64,000 nucleotides of DNA from an uncultured Gemmatimonadales bacterium (GCA_963809895.1 CAWELD010000003.1:704001-768000), one strand, 5' to 3'; positions 16,293 through 26,692 are shown, numbered from the stretch's first letter. The notes: generated from the sequence alone by a model not told the origin. Numbers and translations: made by a program.

Positions 16293-19208
16293 TCAGGACC
16301 CTCCCGCCGCGCCCTGCTCGGCGGCCTTCTCGCCGGTGACCAGGTCCAGGCCCAGGCTCTTCCCCTTGAGCACCGCGGGCACGCCCTCTTCCATCCAGAC
16401 GGGCGAAGGCGCGTCCTTGAGGTAGTGGTCGAAGAACTGCTGCATGCGAATCGCCCAGTCCTTCCGGTCCGCCTCGCTGCGCAGCCCGTGCGGCTGGCCG
16501 TTGTAGTTGAGGAGCCACGCCGGCTTGTGCAGCCGACGCATGGCGCTGAACATCTCGATCCCCTGATACCAGGGCACCGCCGTGTCCGCGTCGTTGTGCA
16601 TCATGAGGAGCGGTGTCTCGATCTTGTCGGCCGTGAAGAGGGGCGAGTTCTCGATGTAGAGGAGGGGGGCCTCCCACAGCGAGCCGCCGATGCGTGACTG
16701 GGTGCGCTCGTACTGGAAGGCGCGACTCATGCCCGTGCCCCAGCGGATGCCACCGTATGCGCTGGTCATGTTGGCCACCGGGGCGCCGGCCTCGGCCGCG
16801 GCGAAGACGTTGGTCCGGGTCACCATGTAGGCGATCTGATACCCTCCCCACGAGTGTCCCTGCACGCCGATGCGTGCGGGGTCGACGAAGCCCTGCTCCA
16901 CCAGCGCCAGCACACCGGGGACCACCGCGTCCAGGGCGCTTTCACCGGGGTGACCGATCTCGTAGGGAATGTCAGGAACGAAGACCAGGTATCCTCGGCT
17001 CACGTAGAAGCTGAAGTTGATGCTCGAGCTTCCGGCCGCCGGGATGTGGTACCGGTGCAGCCCGTCCGACATGCGCTCGTAGAAGTACACGAGCATGGGA
17101 TACTGCTTCGAGGGATCGAAACCCTCCGGCTTGTAGAGGATGCCCTGAAGCGGGATGCCGTCGTTGGAGATCCACTCCGTGAGCTCCGCCGTGCCCCAGC
17201 GTACCTGGGACTGAAGCTCGGCATCGATGCTGGTCAGCTTGCGGCGCCCGCTCAGGTCGCTGCCGCTGACCCAGAGATCCGGGAAGTTCTCGAAGGTCTC
17301 CCGGGTGAAGAGCAACCGGTCGGCATCGTCCGCCTTGCGGGGGAACCCGAAGGAGGCATCCTCCAGCACCAGGCGCTGCGGGGGCCGGTCGCCGGTGACC
17401 CGATCCCTGTAGAACCCGTCCTGCTTGGTCTCGAGCTGGAATGCCGACAGCAGCAGGGGCGCATCCGTGGGGATGGTCTCCTCTTCCGGGTCCAGGCGAA
17501 CGTACCGGAAACGGAGGTCCTCACGGCGGCCCACGCCCTCGGTGATGTCGCGGGCGCGGGCGGGATCGCGGGGATCCACGGCCCAGATGTCGTGCTGGTC
17601 GTAGATGAGCACCATGCCGTCGTCGTCCGTCCAGCCCGCCATGCCGTAGCTCGACGGGGGCTGCGGATGGTCGTCCAGAACGTCGTAGACCGGCTGCGTG
17701 ACGGCGGCGGTCAGGTTCACCGGTTCACCGCCGACGGCCGGTCGTGCGAACCAGGCGCGCTCGCTCCCGTCCCACCAGTAGATCCACTGGCCTCCGGGTG
17801 ACAACGACGCGCCGTCCCGGATCGCCTCCTGGGCCATGTGTCGCTGCCCGGTCGCCACATCCACCAGCCACGCGTCCACGTAGCGCCCGTCCCAGCTGAT
17901 GAGTTGCCGATAGGGCCCGTCGTCGAGTGCCAGGGCCACGTCGGCGTCTCCGTCCTCACCCACGCGTACGTTCTCCAGCTCCGGTGTCTCGAGCTGCACG
18001 ACGTCGCCACCCGCGAAGGGCGCCCACGCCTGGTAGGTCCGGTTCAACTCGTCCTCGCGCTCCAGGAGCTGCATGGGCTGCAGATACGGGTCCTTCCAGT
18101 TCCAGACGTCGACCTCCACCTTCTCCTCGGGCAGCGGCTCGGGAGCGTCGTCGTCTTCCGGCTCCGGACGGGGGCGGGTTCCGAAGAAGACGCGCTCGCC
18201 GTTCCGGGACACCGACAGGCTTCCTTTCTGGGCGATCCACCACCCTGCGGGAATGCCCGCGGAGGCCGGAGTGGCCACGGCGTGCGCGGCGCCGCTGCCG
18301 TCGGCCGCGTACAGGGCGAACGCCGGCTGATCCGCCTCGCGATCGTCGCGGTCGCTCACGAAGGCCATGCGGTGCCCGTCGGGCTGGACCGCCAGGCCCA
18401 GATAGCGGCCGTCGCCGGTCAGGAGAGCCGAGGCTTCGCCCGACGCGGTCGAGACCCGGAACGCCCCGTCCGCATCGCCTTCCGGCGACGACGCCGTGTA
18501 GTAGAGGAGCGCTCCATCGTCACTGAAGCGGTAGTCGGCCACGTGCTCGTAGCGGTGCTCGGCGCCCTCGGTCAGGGTGCGGAGGACCAGGGTGGTGCCG
18601 GGGTCGAGCCGCGGCTTCTTCTTCTCGGTTTCCTCTTCACCGGCCTGCTGCTCTTCGCCGCGCCGGCCCTGCTGGTCACGGGTCGAATCGGCGGCGGGCT
18701 CCTTCTCCAGCAGGTAGGCCAGCACGGCCCCGTCGTCGGGTAGCCGGAAGGACTTCACCCGCGCCACGCGCGTGATCCCCCCCTCCTGAACGGTCCCGTC
18801 GGCGCCGAAGGCCCGTGACAGGTCCACGATCACCAGGGAGTCCTTCGGCAGGGCGTCGGATTTCACCTTGGCCCGTCGCAGCGCCTTCACGGTGTCCTGG
18901 GCCGGGCTCACCGATGCGACCACGAAGCGATTGTCGCCGGTGAATCGGGGGCCGGTGCCGCGGGCGATGCTCAGCGAGGCGTCGCCGTCGACGCTTCGGA
19001 TCACGAGGGTCCCGTCGCCGTCGCCGGGCTGGACCACGTACGCGAGCCACTCGCCGTCTGGCGACAGCGACCGGTCACTGATGCGCTGCCAGCGGTCGTA
19101 ATCCTCGTGCTGGAGGGGTCGCTTGGTGGTCTGGGCGGCAACCGTGGACACGGCAGCGAGAGAAAGGACCAGGACGGTGGTGGCCGTGCGTCGCAGGATC
19201 GGTAGCAT
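16293..19208 (-). CDS. Secreted S9 prolyl oligopeptidase family serine peptidase
   Basis: Signal peptide, long propeller region, GHSWGG nucleophile, HNDADTAVP, GQPHGL triad. Confidence 0.92.
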   Translation of the reverse strand: MLPILRRTATTVLVLSLAAVSTVAAQTTKRPLQHEDYDRWQRISDRSLSPDGEWLAYVVQPGDGDGTLVIRSVDGDASLSIARGTGPRFTGDNRFVVASVSPAQDTVKALRRAKVKSDALPKDSLVIVDLSRAFGADGTVQEGGITRVARVKSFRLPDDGAVLAYLLEKEPAADSTRDQQGRRGEEQQAGEEETEKKKPRLDPGTTLVLRTLTEGAEHRYEHVADYRFSDDGALLYYTASSPEGDADGAFRVSTASGEASALLTGDGRYLGLAVQPDGHRMAFVSDRDDREADQPAFALYAADGSGAAHAVATPASAGIPAGWWIAQKGSLSVSRNGERVFFGTRPRPEPEDDDAPEPLPEEKVEVDVWNWKDPYLQPMQLLEREDELNRTYQAWAPFAGGDVVQLETPELENVRVGEDGDADVALALDDGPYRQLISWDGRYVDAWLVDVATGQRHMAQEAIRDGASLSPGGQWIYWWDGSERAWFARPAVGGEPVNLTAAVTQPVYDVLDDHPQPPSSYGMAGWTDDDGMVLIYDQHDIWAVDPRDPARARDITEGVGRREDLRFRYVRLDPEEETIPTDAPLLLSAFQLETKQDGFYRDRVTGDRPPQRLVLEDASFGFPRKADDADRLLFTRETFENFPDLWVSGSDLSGRRKLTSIDAELQSQVRWGTAELTEWISNDGIPLQGILYKPEGFDPSKQYPMLVYFYERMSDGLHRYHIPAAGSSSINFSFYVSRGYLVFVPDIPYEIGHPGESALDAVVPGVLALVEQGFVDPARIGVQGHSWGGYQIAYMVTRTNVFAAAEAGAPVANMTSAYGGIRWGTGMSRAFQYERTQSRIGGSLWEAPLLYIENSPLFTADKIETPLLMMHNDADTAVPWYQGIEMFSAMRRLHKPAWLLNYNGQPHGLRSEADRKDWAIRMQQFFDHYLKDAPSPVWMEEGVPAVLKGKSLGLDLVTGEKAAEQGAAGGS

Positions 19209-19364
19209 GACGAGTCGGGGCAGGAGGCACTCGTGGGCCCGGGGGAGGGGTCCGGACCCGACTTCAGTGGGCGAGACCATAGAGGTCAGGCTAGGTGATG
19301 AATGACCCCTGAGCAACCGCCAGCGTTGAGGAGTCGCCGGCCGCTCGCCTCTCGGTACGAGCAA

Positions 19365-19401
19365 GAGCGCCGCCCCGGCGCTCCTGGCCGGGGCGGCGCT
19401 C
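19365..19401 (-). terminator. Hairpin terminator downstream of csp
   Basis: GAGCGCCGCCCCGGC-N7-GCCGGGGCGGCGCTC perfect 15-bp stem, then TTGCT on minus strand. Confidence 0.7.
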
Positions 19402-19442
19402 CGAAACCTCTCCGGACCTGCCGGAGCGGTGGGGTGACGCGA

Positions 19443-19655
19443 TCAGGCGCCCACGCGCGCGACGTTCTCGGCTGCGGGCCCCTTGGGGCCCTCGACCATG
19501 TCGAACTCCACGCGGTCACCTTCGGCCAGGGACTTGAACCCGTCGCCCTGGATCGCGGAGTAATGCACGAAGCAGTCCCGGTCCCCCTCCTCGGGAGAGA
19601 TGAATCCGAATCCCTTCGCGTCGTTGAACCACTTCACCGTTCCGGTGGTCCGCAT
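19443..19655 (-). CDS. Cold-shock protein (CspA family)
   Basis: [33 protein letters not shown]; 70 aa. Confidence 0.97.
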   Translation of the reverse strand: MRTTGTVKWFNDAKGFGFISPEEGDRDCFVHYSAIQGDGFKSLAEGDRVEFDMVEGPKGPAAENVARVGA

Positions 19656-19751
19656 GCTGCCTGCTCCATCCGTGAATCAGAATGCAGGGACGCCGCGCAC
19701 ACGACATCCCACGTCCGCGTTGGCGACCCCCCGGGGGGCCACCGTGGGCAC

Positions 19752-19781
19752 AGGGTACCCGGCTCGTGCCGTGCCGGTCAA
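19752..19781 (-). promoter_or_regulatory. Putative sigma70 promoter of csp
   Basis: TTGACC-N18-TACCCT, implying a 5' UTR of about 90 nt. Confidence 0.5.
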
Positions 19782-19801
19782 GTGACGCGCGTGCGGTCGC
19801 T

Positions 19802-21313
19802 TCAATCCACCTTGGCCGTGACCCGCTTGAAGACGGGGCTCAGAAGGAGCGCCACCAACCCGGCCGCGCCGACGAACAGGGCGACGGTCCGGAAGAGATC
19901 CGTCGGGGGCAGCGTCTCCAACTGTCCGGCCATGAGCCCGGCGAACACGTTCCCCAGCGCCGCCCCTACGAACCAGATGCCCATCATCTGACCCACGCGG
20001 CCCTGTGGCGCGAGCTTGGTGATGGCCGACAGACCCACCGGCGAGATGGTCAGCTCTCCGCAGGTGTGCAGGAAGTAGGTGACCACGAGCCAGGCCGGCG
20101 ACACCAGGTTGCCGTTGGCCGAGTTGGCGGCACCCCAGGAGATGACGAAGAAGCCGGCGGCGAGCCCCAGGAGGCCCAACCCGAACTTCACCGGCGTCGA
20201 CGGATTCGCCTTGCGCTGTGCCAGCCACACCCAGAGCGAGCCGAACACCGGCGCCAGCAGGATGATGAGGATGGGATTGATGGATTGGAGGAAGGAGGCG
20301 GGCATCTCCCATCCGAAGACCATGCGGTCCGTGCGCTCGGCGCCGAAGAGGTTCAGCGACGAGCCCGCCTGCTCGAAGCCGGACCAGAAGATGGCGATGA
20401 GCACGAACAGCCACAGGATCACGCCCAGGCGCTTCTTCTCCTCCGTGGTGTGGCCTCCGAAGAGGACCAGGTAGAGGAAATAGATGGCGACGATCACGAG
20501 GATCCCCACGCCCAGGGCGGTGGCGATCTGCGGCAGCGTCACGGGGATCACGCCCCGGGACACCAGCACACCGAAGACGGCCAGGAGCGCCACCAACCCG
20601 AAGAATCCCCCGAAGAACTTGCGGGCCATGGCCGAGACCTGGCTCGCCGAGCGCTCCGTGTGCAACGTCCCGGCGTCGCCGAGATACTTGTCGCCGGCGC
20701 GGTACTGGATCAGGCCCAGCACCATCCCGATTCCGGCCAGCGAGAATCCCCAGTGCCAGTTGTAGCCCTCGCCGAAGAAGCCGGTCACGAGCGGGCCGAT
20801 GAACGCCCCGAGGTTGATCCCCATGTAGAACACGGAGAACCCGGCGTCACGGCGCGCGCCGCCCTCCGGGTACAGCTCCCCGACCATGGTGCTCACGTTG
20901 GGCTTGAGCAGGCCGGTGCCGGTGACGATCAGGATCAGCCCGAGAAAGAAGGTGACGTCGCCGGGGATCGCCATGCTGAAGTGGCCCGCGGCGATGATGC
21001 ACCCGCCCACGAAGACCGCTTTGCGTTGACCCCAGAGGTTGTCGGCGACCCAGCCCCCCGGCAGCGCCAGCAGGTAGACCATGCCGGTGTAGAGCCCGTA
21101 GATGGCCGCGGCGGTGCCCACGTCCATCCCCATGCCCGGGTTCTCGCCCATGGTGGCGGCGGTCATGAAGAGGATGAGCAGGGCGCGCATCCCGTAGTAC
21201 GAGAAACGCTCCCACATCTCCGTGAAGAAGAGCGTGGCCAGGCCGCGCGGATGACCGAAGAATGTCGGTCCGCGCTGAACCGGGCCGCCCTGGGCCGTAG
21301 CGCTGGTGCTCAA
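19802..21313 (-). CDS. Proton-dependent oligopeptide transporter (POT/DtpT family)
   Basis: GHPRGL..LFFTEMWERFSYYGMR (ExxERFxYY), GTGLLKPN, FYMGINLG, ELTISPVGLS; TTG start with GGAGG. Confidence 0.95.
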   Translation of the reverse strand: MSTSATAQGGPVQRGPTFFGHPRGLATLFFTEMWERFSYYGMRALLILFMTAATMGENPGMGMDVGTAAAIYGLYTGMVYLLALPGGWVADNLWGQRKAVFVGGCIIAAGHFSMAIPGDVTFFLGLILIVTGTGLLKPNVSTMVGELYPEGGARRDAGFSVFYMGINLGAFIGPLVTGFFGEGYNWHWGFSLAGIGMVLGLIQYRAGDKYLGDAGTLHTERSASQVSAMARKFFGGFFGLVALLAVFGVLVSRGVIPVTLPQIATALGVGILVIVAIYFLYLVLFGGHTTEEKKRLGVILWLFVLIAIFWSGFEQAGSSLNLFGAERTDRMVFGWEMPASFLQSINPILIILLAPVFGSLWVWLAQRKANPSTPVKFGLGLLGLAAGFFVISWGAANSANGNLVSPAWLVVTYFLHTCGELTISPVGLSAITKLAPQGRVGQMMGIWFVGAALGNVFAGLMAGQLETLPPTDLFRTVALFVGAAGLVALLLSPVFKRVTAKVD

Positions 21314-21382
21314 GTGCCGTCCTCCGTCGGGGTCGCGTTCGGACAGGAGGATCGCAAGACGCCCCTGCCGGATCGCAGCAAC

Positions 21383-22399
21383 CTAGGACGGAGAGAGCGC
21401 TCCGGCCAGGAAACGGGCCGCAGACTCTTCGGCCCAGAAGCGCGGCCGCCCGGGAGAGCCGGCGACGAAGCCGACGTGTCCTCCCCGTGGAGTCAGGACC
21501 GGGTGGAGGCACGGGTTCGAGCGCATCGCCTCGACCGGCACCGCATCCTGCGGCAGGAACGGATCGTCCATGCTGTGCAGGAGGAGCGTGGGCACCCGGA
21601 TGCCGGAGAGAAAGCGCGCGGAGCTGCACTGGCGGTAGTAGTGGGACGCTCCGTGGAAGCCGTGGACCGGCGCCGTCACCTCCTCGTCGAACGCCCGGAT
21701 CGTGCGGACGTCGTCCAGCGCGTCCAATGTCACCTGATCCGCCAGCAGATGGGCCTTCTCTCGCACCTTCGTCATCAGGGAGCGCAGGAAATAGCGCGTG
21801 TACAGGCGCCCGAAGAGGCCGCGCTCCAGCTTGGCGGCGCCGGCGGCGAGATCATAGGGCACCGAGATGGCCACGGCGGCCCCGACCAGCGCCTTCCCTC
21901 CGTCGTCGCGCTCCCCCAGGAGCTTGAGGAGAACGTTGCCGCCGAGAGAGAACCCCATCACGCCGAGTGGCCGTCCTGGATGCCGCTCCTGGAGCCGAGC
22001 CAGGACCCAAGCCGGGTCCTCCGTCTCGCCCGAGTGATAGGAGCGCGCGCGACGGTTGGGCTCGCCTCCGCAGGAACGGAAGTTGAGCCCCACCGGCGCC
22101 ATGCCCCGGGCCAGGAGCGCCTGGTAGGCGAGCATGCAGTAGCCGCGGCGCGCCGACCCTTCGAGTCCGTGGAGGACCAGGACGATAGGAGCGCCCGGCC
22201 CCGGATCGGGACCGAAATCGAGATCCAGGAAATCCCCGTCGGGGGTCTCCCAGCGGACGCGTTTCAGCGTCACCCCCCTCGTCTGACGAAGGAACTTTCC
22301 CGCCAACGTCTGCGAATGTGCGCCCAGGGCCCACCAGGCGGGTCGGAAGGCGCGGGGCAGCGCCGAGGGCGAGACGGGGTACAGGCCGGGCTCTCCCAC
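21383..22399 (-). CDS. YheT-like alpha/beta hydrolase
   Basis: HSQT, TPDGDFLDLD, HGLEGS, YHSGETED, GFSLGG, DDPF, GGHVGF. Confidence 0.9.
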   Translation of the reverse strand: MGEPGLYPVSPSALPRAFRPAWWALGAHSQTLAGKFLRQTRGVTLKRVRWETPDGDFLDLDFGPDPGPGAPIVLVLHGLEGSARRGYCMLAYQALLARGMAPVGLNFRSCGGEPNRRARSYHSGETEDPAWVLARLQERHPGRPLGVMGFSLGGNVLLKLLGERDDGGKALVGAAVAISVPYDLAAGAAKLERGLFGRLYTRYFLRSLMTKVREKAHLLADQVTLDALDDVRTIRAFDEEVTAPVHGFHGASHYYRQCSSARFLSGIRVPTLLLHSMDDPFLPQDAVPVEAMRSNPCLHPVLTPRGGHVGFVAGSPGRPRFWAEESAARFLAGALSPS

Positions 22400-22401
22400 G
22401 C

Positions 22402-22970
22402 TCAGGGCGCCCCGTGATGGATCGGGCCCACGGGGGTTCCAGTGCCAGGATGCGCTCGGCCACCGGACAGCCGTCGACGTGGGCGCCGGGCAGGTATCCC
22501 GTGCTGGTGAGGAACTCCCCGGTGATCTCGCCCCCGGTGAAACGGAAGGTCTTGCGGAAGAGCCGGACCCACTCGGCGCGCGGCCGAGGATGGTGGGCGT
22601 CGAGCCAGTCGGCGAAGGAGCCGTAGTCGGTGCGCAGGTCGAGAATGACGCCGGCGTTGTGGATCGCGGCAGCCACCTTCAGACGATTGCGCACGATGGC
22701 GGGGTCGGCGAGCAGGCGCCTCCGCTCCACGTCTCCATAGGCAGCGACCCGTTCCACCGAGAAGCCGTCGTAGGCCCGCCGGAAGCCCTCGCGCTTCTTG
22801 AGAATGGTGAGCCAGGAGAGGCCCGCCTGGTTGATCTCGAGCACGAGCCGCTCGAACAGGCCGTCGTCGCTTCTGAGGGGAAAGCCGTACTCGGTGTCGT
22901 GATACGGCCCGTGCCACGGATGGCCTCGGGCCGCTGCGCAGTAGCTGTCGGGTGTCTCCGGTGCATCCAT
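22402..22970 (-). CDS. tag: DNA-3-methyladenine glycosylase I; native stop out of frame by one base
   Basis: YHDTEYG, LEINQAGLSWLTILKK, IVRNRLK, GAH..C. Homology ends near PPWAR. A TGA at 22402-22404 is one base out of frame, so the ORF as written runs to 21852 over the next gene. Confidence 0.85.
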
Positions 22971-23069
22971 GCACTCAATGTCGCAGACGGCGCCCGTCGG
23001 TGAAACCGGGTCGGGGAGACGGTCGTAGGGGCCGGCGTGCGAGGGTGTGTGACCTCACAGGGAGTGACG

Positions 23070-24329
23070 ATGGGGATGATGCGATACGGTTACGTGGCTT
23101 TTGCCGCGGGAGCGCTGGCTCTGGCTCCCCGGCCCGCCCACGCCCAGGACCAGGACCGCCTCTACGGTCAGGTCCGCACCGCTTCGGGTGAGGTGTACGA
23201 GGGATACATCCGCTGGGACCGGAACGAAGGTGGCTGGGTCGATCTGCTCGACGGTAGCAAGGAGCTGGACCAGGAGCTGCTGGCATCGGTGGGTGAGGAG
23301 GACGAGTCCAGCCGCGAACGCAGCGTGGAATTCCTCGGCGTCCGCATCAGCTGGGAAGAAGACGACGACCTGCCGTCGTCGGCCGAGGCGGGCCTGCGCT
23401 TCGGGCACCTGCGCAGTCTGCGGGTCACCGGCGACGACCGGGCGATGCTGACCCTCAAGTCCGGCGAGAAGGTGGAGTTGTTCGGTGGCTCCACGGATCT
23501 CGGCGACGACATGCGCGAGCTGGTGATCGACGATCCGTCTCGCGATCTGGTGGAGCTGGCCTGGCGCGATCTCGACCGCATCGACTTCATGGCCGTGCCC
23601 GCTGGCGCGCCCGCTCCCCGCTCCCGACGGCTCTATGGCACCACCGAGGATCGCTGGGGCAATCGCTACACCGGCTACCTGGCCTGGGACCTGGACGAGA
23701 TCCTGGGCTCCGACATCCTCGACGGAGAGGAGCGGGGCCACGACAGGGACATTCCCTTCGACCGCATCGAAGGGATCGAGCGGGAGAGCTCGCGCTCGGC
23801 CCGGGTGTTTCTCAGGGGTGGCGAAGAGGTCGTGCTCACCGGGACCAACGACGTAGGCGAGGGTCACCGCGGCGTCCAGATCTCGGACCCCGCGCTGGGG
23901 CAGGTCGACGTGGGTTGGGACGAGTTGGCGTCGGTGCGCTTCCAGGATCCGCCGCCGGCCGCGTCGTTGGGCGCGGACTACGACGCGTTCGGCCGGGGTT
24001 GGCGCTTGCGCGGCACCGTGGAGACCGAAGACGGCGAGCGCTACAGCGGCCAGGTGGTGTGGGATGTCGACGAGTCCTGGTCGTGGGAGATCCTCGACGG
24101 GAACTGGCGTGACGAGAGCTTCGACATCGAGCTGGGCAAGGTGGATCGGATCGAGAAGCGCTCCTCACGGAGCGCCGAGGTCACCCTCCTGGACGGGCGC
24201 TCGTTCGAGCTCGAAGGCTCCAACGACGTGGACCGCACCAACAAGGGGATCGTGGTGGAGCTGGACGACGGGGGCAGGGTGGTGGTGGACTGGGAGCGTT
24301 TTCGCAGCGTGACCTTCGAGCGTCCGTAG
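23070..24329 (+). CDS. Secreted hypothetical protein with three tandem ~110-aa beta-rich repeats
   Basis: Signal peptide ending AHA-Q; three copies of LYG.V....G..Y.G.I.WD..E....LDG...S.D......V.W.....I.F. Confidence 0.8.
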   Translation: MGMMRYGYVAFAAGALALAPRPAHAQDQDRLYGQVRTASGEVYEGYIRWDRNEGGWVDLLDGSKELDQELLASVGEEDESSRERSVEFLGVRISWEEDDDLPSSAEAGLRFGHLRSLRVTGDDRAMLTLKSGEKVELFGGSTDLGDDMRELVIDDPSRDLVELAWRDLDRIDFMAVPAGAPAPRSRRLYGTTEDRWGNRYTGYLAWDLDEILGSDILDGEERGHDRDIPFDRIEGIERESSRSARVFLRGGEEVVLTGTNDVGEGHRGVQISDPALGQVDVGWDELASVRFQDPPPAASLGADYDAFGRGWRLRGTVETEDGERYSGQVVWDVDESWSWEILDGNWRDESFDIELGKVDRIEKRSSRSAEVTLLDGRSFELEGSNDVDRTNKGIVVELDDGGRVVVDWERFRSVTFERP

Positions 24330-24406
24330 GAACCCGACACGGGTGGGACGTGTCTCTTCACGACGTGTGCCGTCCCGCCGTCCGTGGATCGAGGGAGTGA
24401 GATGAG

Positions 24407-26692
24407 ATGAAGCGGGGTCTTCTCGTGACGGTCCTGTGGCTGTCGGGGCTGAACGTGGTCGCGGCGCCATCGCTCGGCGCTCAGGCCACCGACGACGCCT
24501 ACCTGGATCCCGCTGCCCGGGAGCTCTACCAGTCGGCCGCGGCCAACTGGCAGGATATCGACGAGTCCGTGGTGCGCTACACGGCGCTCATCCGGCAGCG
24601 CATCGCCGCGCGCCTGCGCACGCCGCTCAAGGACCGCACCCTCTACCGGAACGAATCCGCGGCCCGGGTCATGTGGGATCGTGACCACCCACCGCTGGTT
24701 CAGGTGCTGGGCGCCCGCGCCCAGTATCCCGGACGGGAGATCGCCAAGAACGAGGGCGACCTGGACCTGCTGGACGACCTCACCATCGACGGCGCCTTCG
24801 ATCCCGGCGGTGACAAGCTCATCTTCGGGGTGAACGACGAGGACGGCGACGCCACCAATCCCGACAGCAACGACTTCTGGTTCGCACATCCCCTCGCTCC
24901 GGGAGCCGACACCCTCTACCAGTTCCGCTCCGGCGACACCCTCACGCTCACCCTCCCCGATGGCCGCACGCTGACCACGGTGCGGTTGGACGTGCTGCCC
25001 CGCGTCGCCGACGTGCACCGCCTGTCGGGGACGCTCTGGATCGAGCCCGAGACGGGCGCTCTGGTGCGGGCCGTGTATCGCCTCGCCAGCCAGCTCGACG
25101 TGATGCGGGACATCCCGGACGTGAAGGAGGAGGACGAGGACGGGGAGTTCAAGTACGTTCCGGGACTTCTGAAGCCGTGGACGCTGGACCTCAACCTGGT
25201 GGCCGTCGACTACACCCTGTGGAACTTCCGGGTGTGGCTGCCCCGGTCCATGCGCCTCGAGGGCGAAGTGGCGGCGGGCATCCTGAAGATGCCCGTGTCC
25301 TTCGACCTGGCCTACCGCATGGAGACCGTGGTCACGGAAGACGACCTGGCGGACCTGGCCGACGCGGTGCCCGTTCAGGACGAGGTCCACTTCAGGACCC
25401 GCTCCGAGGCCATGGCGTACATGGCCGAGCTCGCGAGCCGTCAGGGCGTGGCCTACGAGCGCTACACCCAGGGCCGCTCGCCCAGCTCCGGGCGCAGCTC
25501 CCGGTTCCTCGTGCCCCAGGATCCCTCCGTGCTGGAGGACAGCCCGGATCTGCCGCCGCCCATCTGGGACGACGCGCCGGGCTTCCAGTCCGAGGAAGAG
25601 CTGTCGGACCTGTTCGGCACCCTCGCCGATCTGCCGCAGCCGGCGATCCAGGGCATCCCCTGGGCCGCCAACTGGGGCTGGCAGCGGCCCGATCTGATCC
25701 GTTACAACCGGGTGGAGGGACCGTCGGTGGGCGGACGCTTCCAGGCCCGACTGGGCAGCTTCGCGGGCCCGCTTTCGTTCGAGGCCACCGGGTTCTTCGG
25801 GCTGGCCGACCTGGAGCCCAAGGCCCGTCTCTCCCTGGAGCGTGAATCGCTCCGTAGCCGGGTGGCGCTGGCCGGGTACCGCGACCTGCGCACCATGGAT
25901 CCACAGGGACGGTACCTGGGATTCGGGAACTCGCTGAACGCGCTGCTCTTCGGGCGCGACGACGGCGAATACTACCTGGCCACGGGGGCCGAACTCTCCA
26001 TCGCCCCGCCTTCGGCGCGCCGGGACAGCTGGCGCATTCGCCTGTACGCCGAGCGTCAGGACGCCGCCGACGTGCACACCAACTTCTCGCTGGCCCACGC
26101 CTTCGACAGTGGCTGGCGCTTCCGGGACAACCTGGAGGCCGACCTGCTGGAAGAGGCGGGGGCGCAGTTGAGCGTGTCGCCGTGGTGGGGTACCGATCCC
26201 CTCCTGCCCCAGTTCGGATTCGAGCTCGGCGTGCAGGGCGCGGCCACCCGTGACGTGGATACCTCCGACACCGGCGACTACGCCCGAGCCCGCCTCGTCC
26301 TGCGGTCGGCGCTGCCGCTGGCGCAGGGCCGCTGGCGCGTGGGTCTCGAGGCCGGTGGCGGAACCTCGTGGGGCGACGTGCCGGTGCAGCGACAGTGGGT
26401 GCTGGGAGGACCGCTCACGCTGCGCGGGTACGGGGCGACCAGCGCCGTCGGCACCACCTACGGACGGGCCCGCATGGAGGTGGCGCGGGTGTTCCCGGCA
26501 TGGACCCTCACGCTCTTCGGAGACGGCGGTTGGGCGGGAGACCGGAGCGAGTACGCGCCCGACGACGTGCTCTGGGGCGTCGGCGCCGGGGCGAGCCTCC
26601 TGGATGGGCTGATCCGCTTCGACATCTCCCGGGGACTCACCGGGCCCCTGCGCGACACGCGGGTCGATCTCTACCTCGACGCCATCCTCTGA
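24407..26692 (+). CDS. Outer-membrane protein with Omp85/BamA-TamA-like C-terminal barrel
   Basis: Signal peptide; RYNRVEG at barrel start; LGGPLTLRGY (VRGY-like loop); FGDGGWA, GVGAGASLLDG, amphipathic terminal strand. Confidence 0.65.
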   Translation: MKRGLLVTVLWLSGLNVVAAPSLGAQATDDAYLDPAARELYQSAAANWQDIDESVVRYTALIRQRIAARLRTPLKDRTLYRNESAARVMWDRDHPPLVQVLGARAQYPGREIAKNEGDLDLLDDLTIDGAFDPGGDKLIFGVNDEDGDATNPDSNDFWFAHPLAPGADTLYQFRSGDTLTLTLPDGRTLTTVRLDVLPRVADVHRLSGTLWIEPETGALVRAVYRLASQLDVMRDIPDVKEEDEDGEFKYVPGLLKPWTLDLNLVAVDYTLWNFRVWLPRSMRLEGEVAAGILKMPVSFDLAYRMETVVTEDDLADLADAVPVQDEVHFRTRSEAMAYMAELASRQGVAYERYTQGRSPSSGRSSRFLVPQDPSVLEDSPDLPPPIWDDAPGFQSEEELSDLFGTLADLPQPAIQGIPWAANWGWQRPDLIRYNRVEGPSVGGRFQARLGSFAGPLSFEATGFFGLADLEPKARLSLERESLRSRVALAGYRDLRTMDPQGRYLGFGNSLNALLFGRDDGEYYLATGAELSIAPPSARRDSWRIRLYAERQDAADVHTNFSLAHAFDSGWRFRDNLEADLLEEAGAQLSVSPWWGTDPLLPQFGFELGVQGAATRDVDTSDTGDYARARLVLRSALPLAQGRWRVGLEAGGGTSWGDVPVQRQWVLGGPLTLRGYGATSAVGTTYGRARMEVARVFPAWTLTLFGDGGWAGDRSEYAPDDVLWGVGAGASLLDGLIRFDISRGLTGPLRDTRVDLYLDAIL

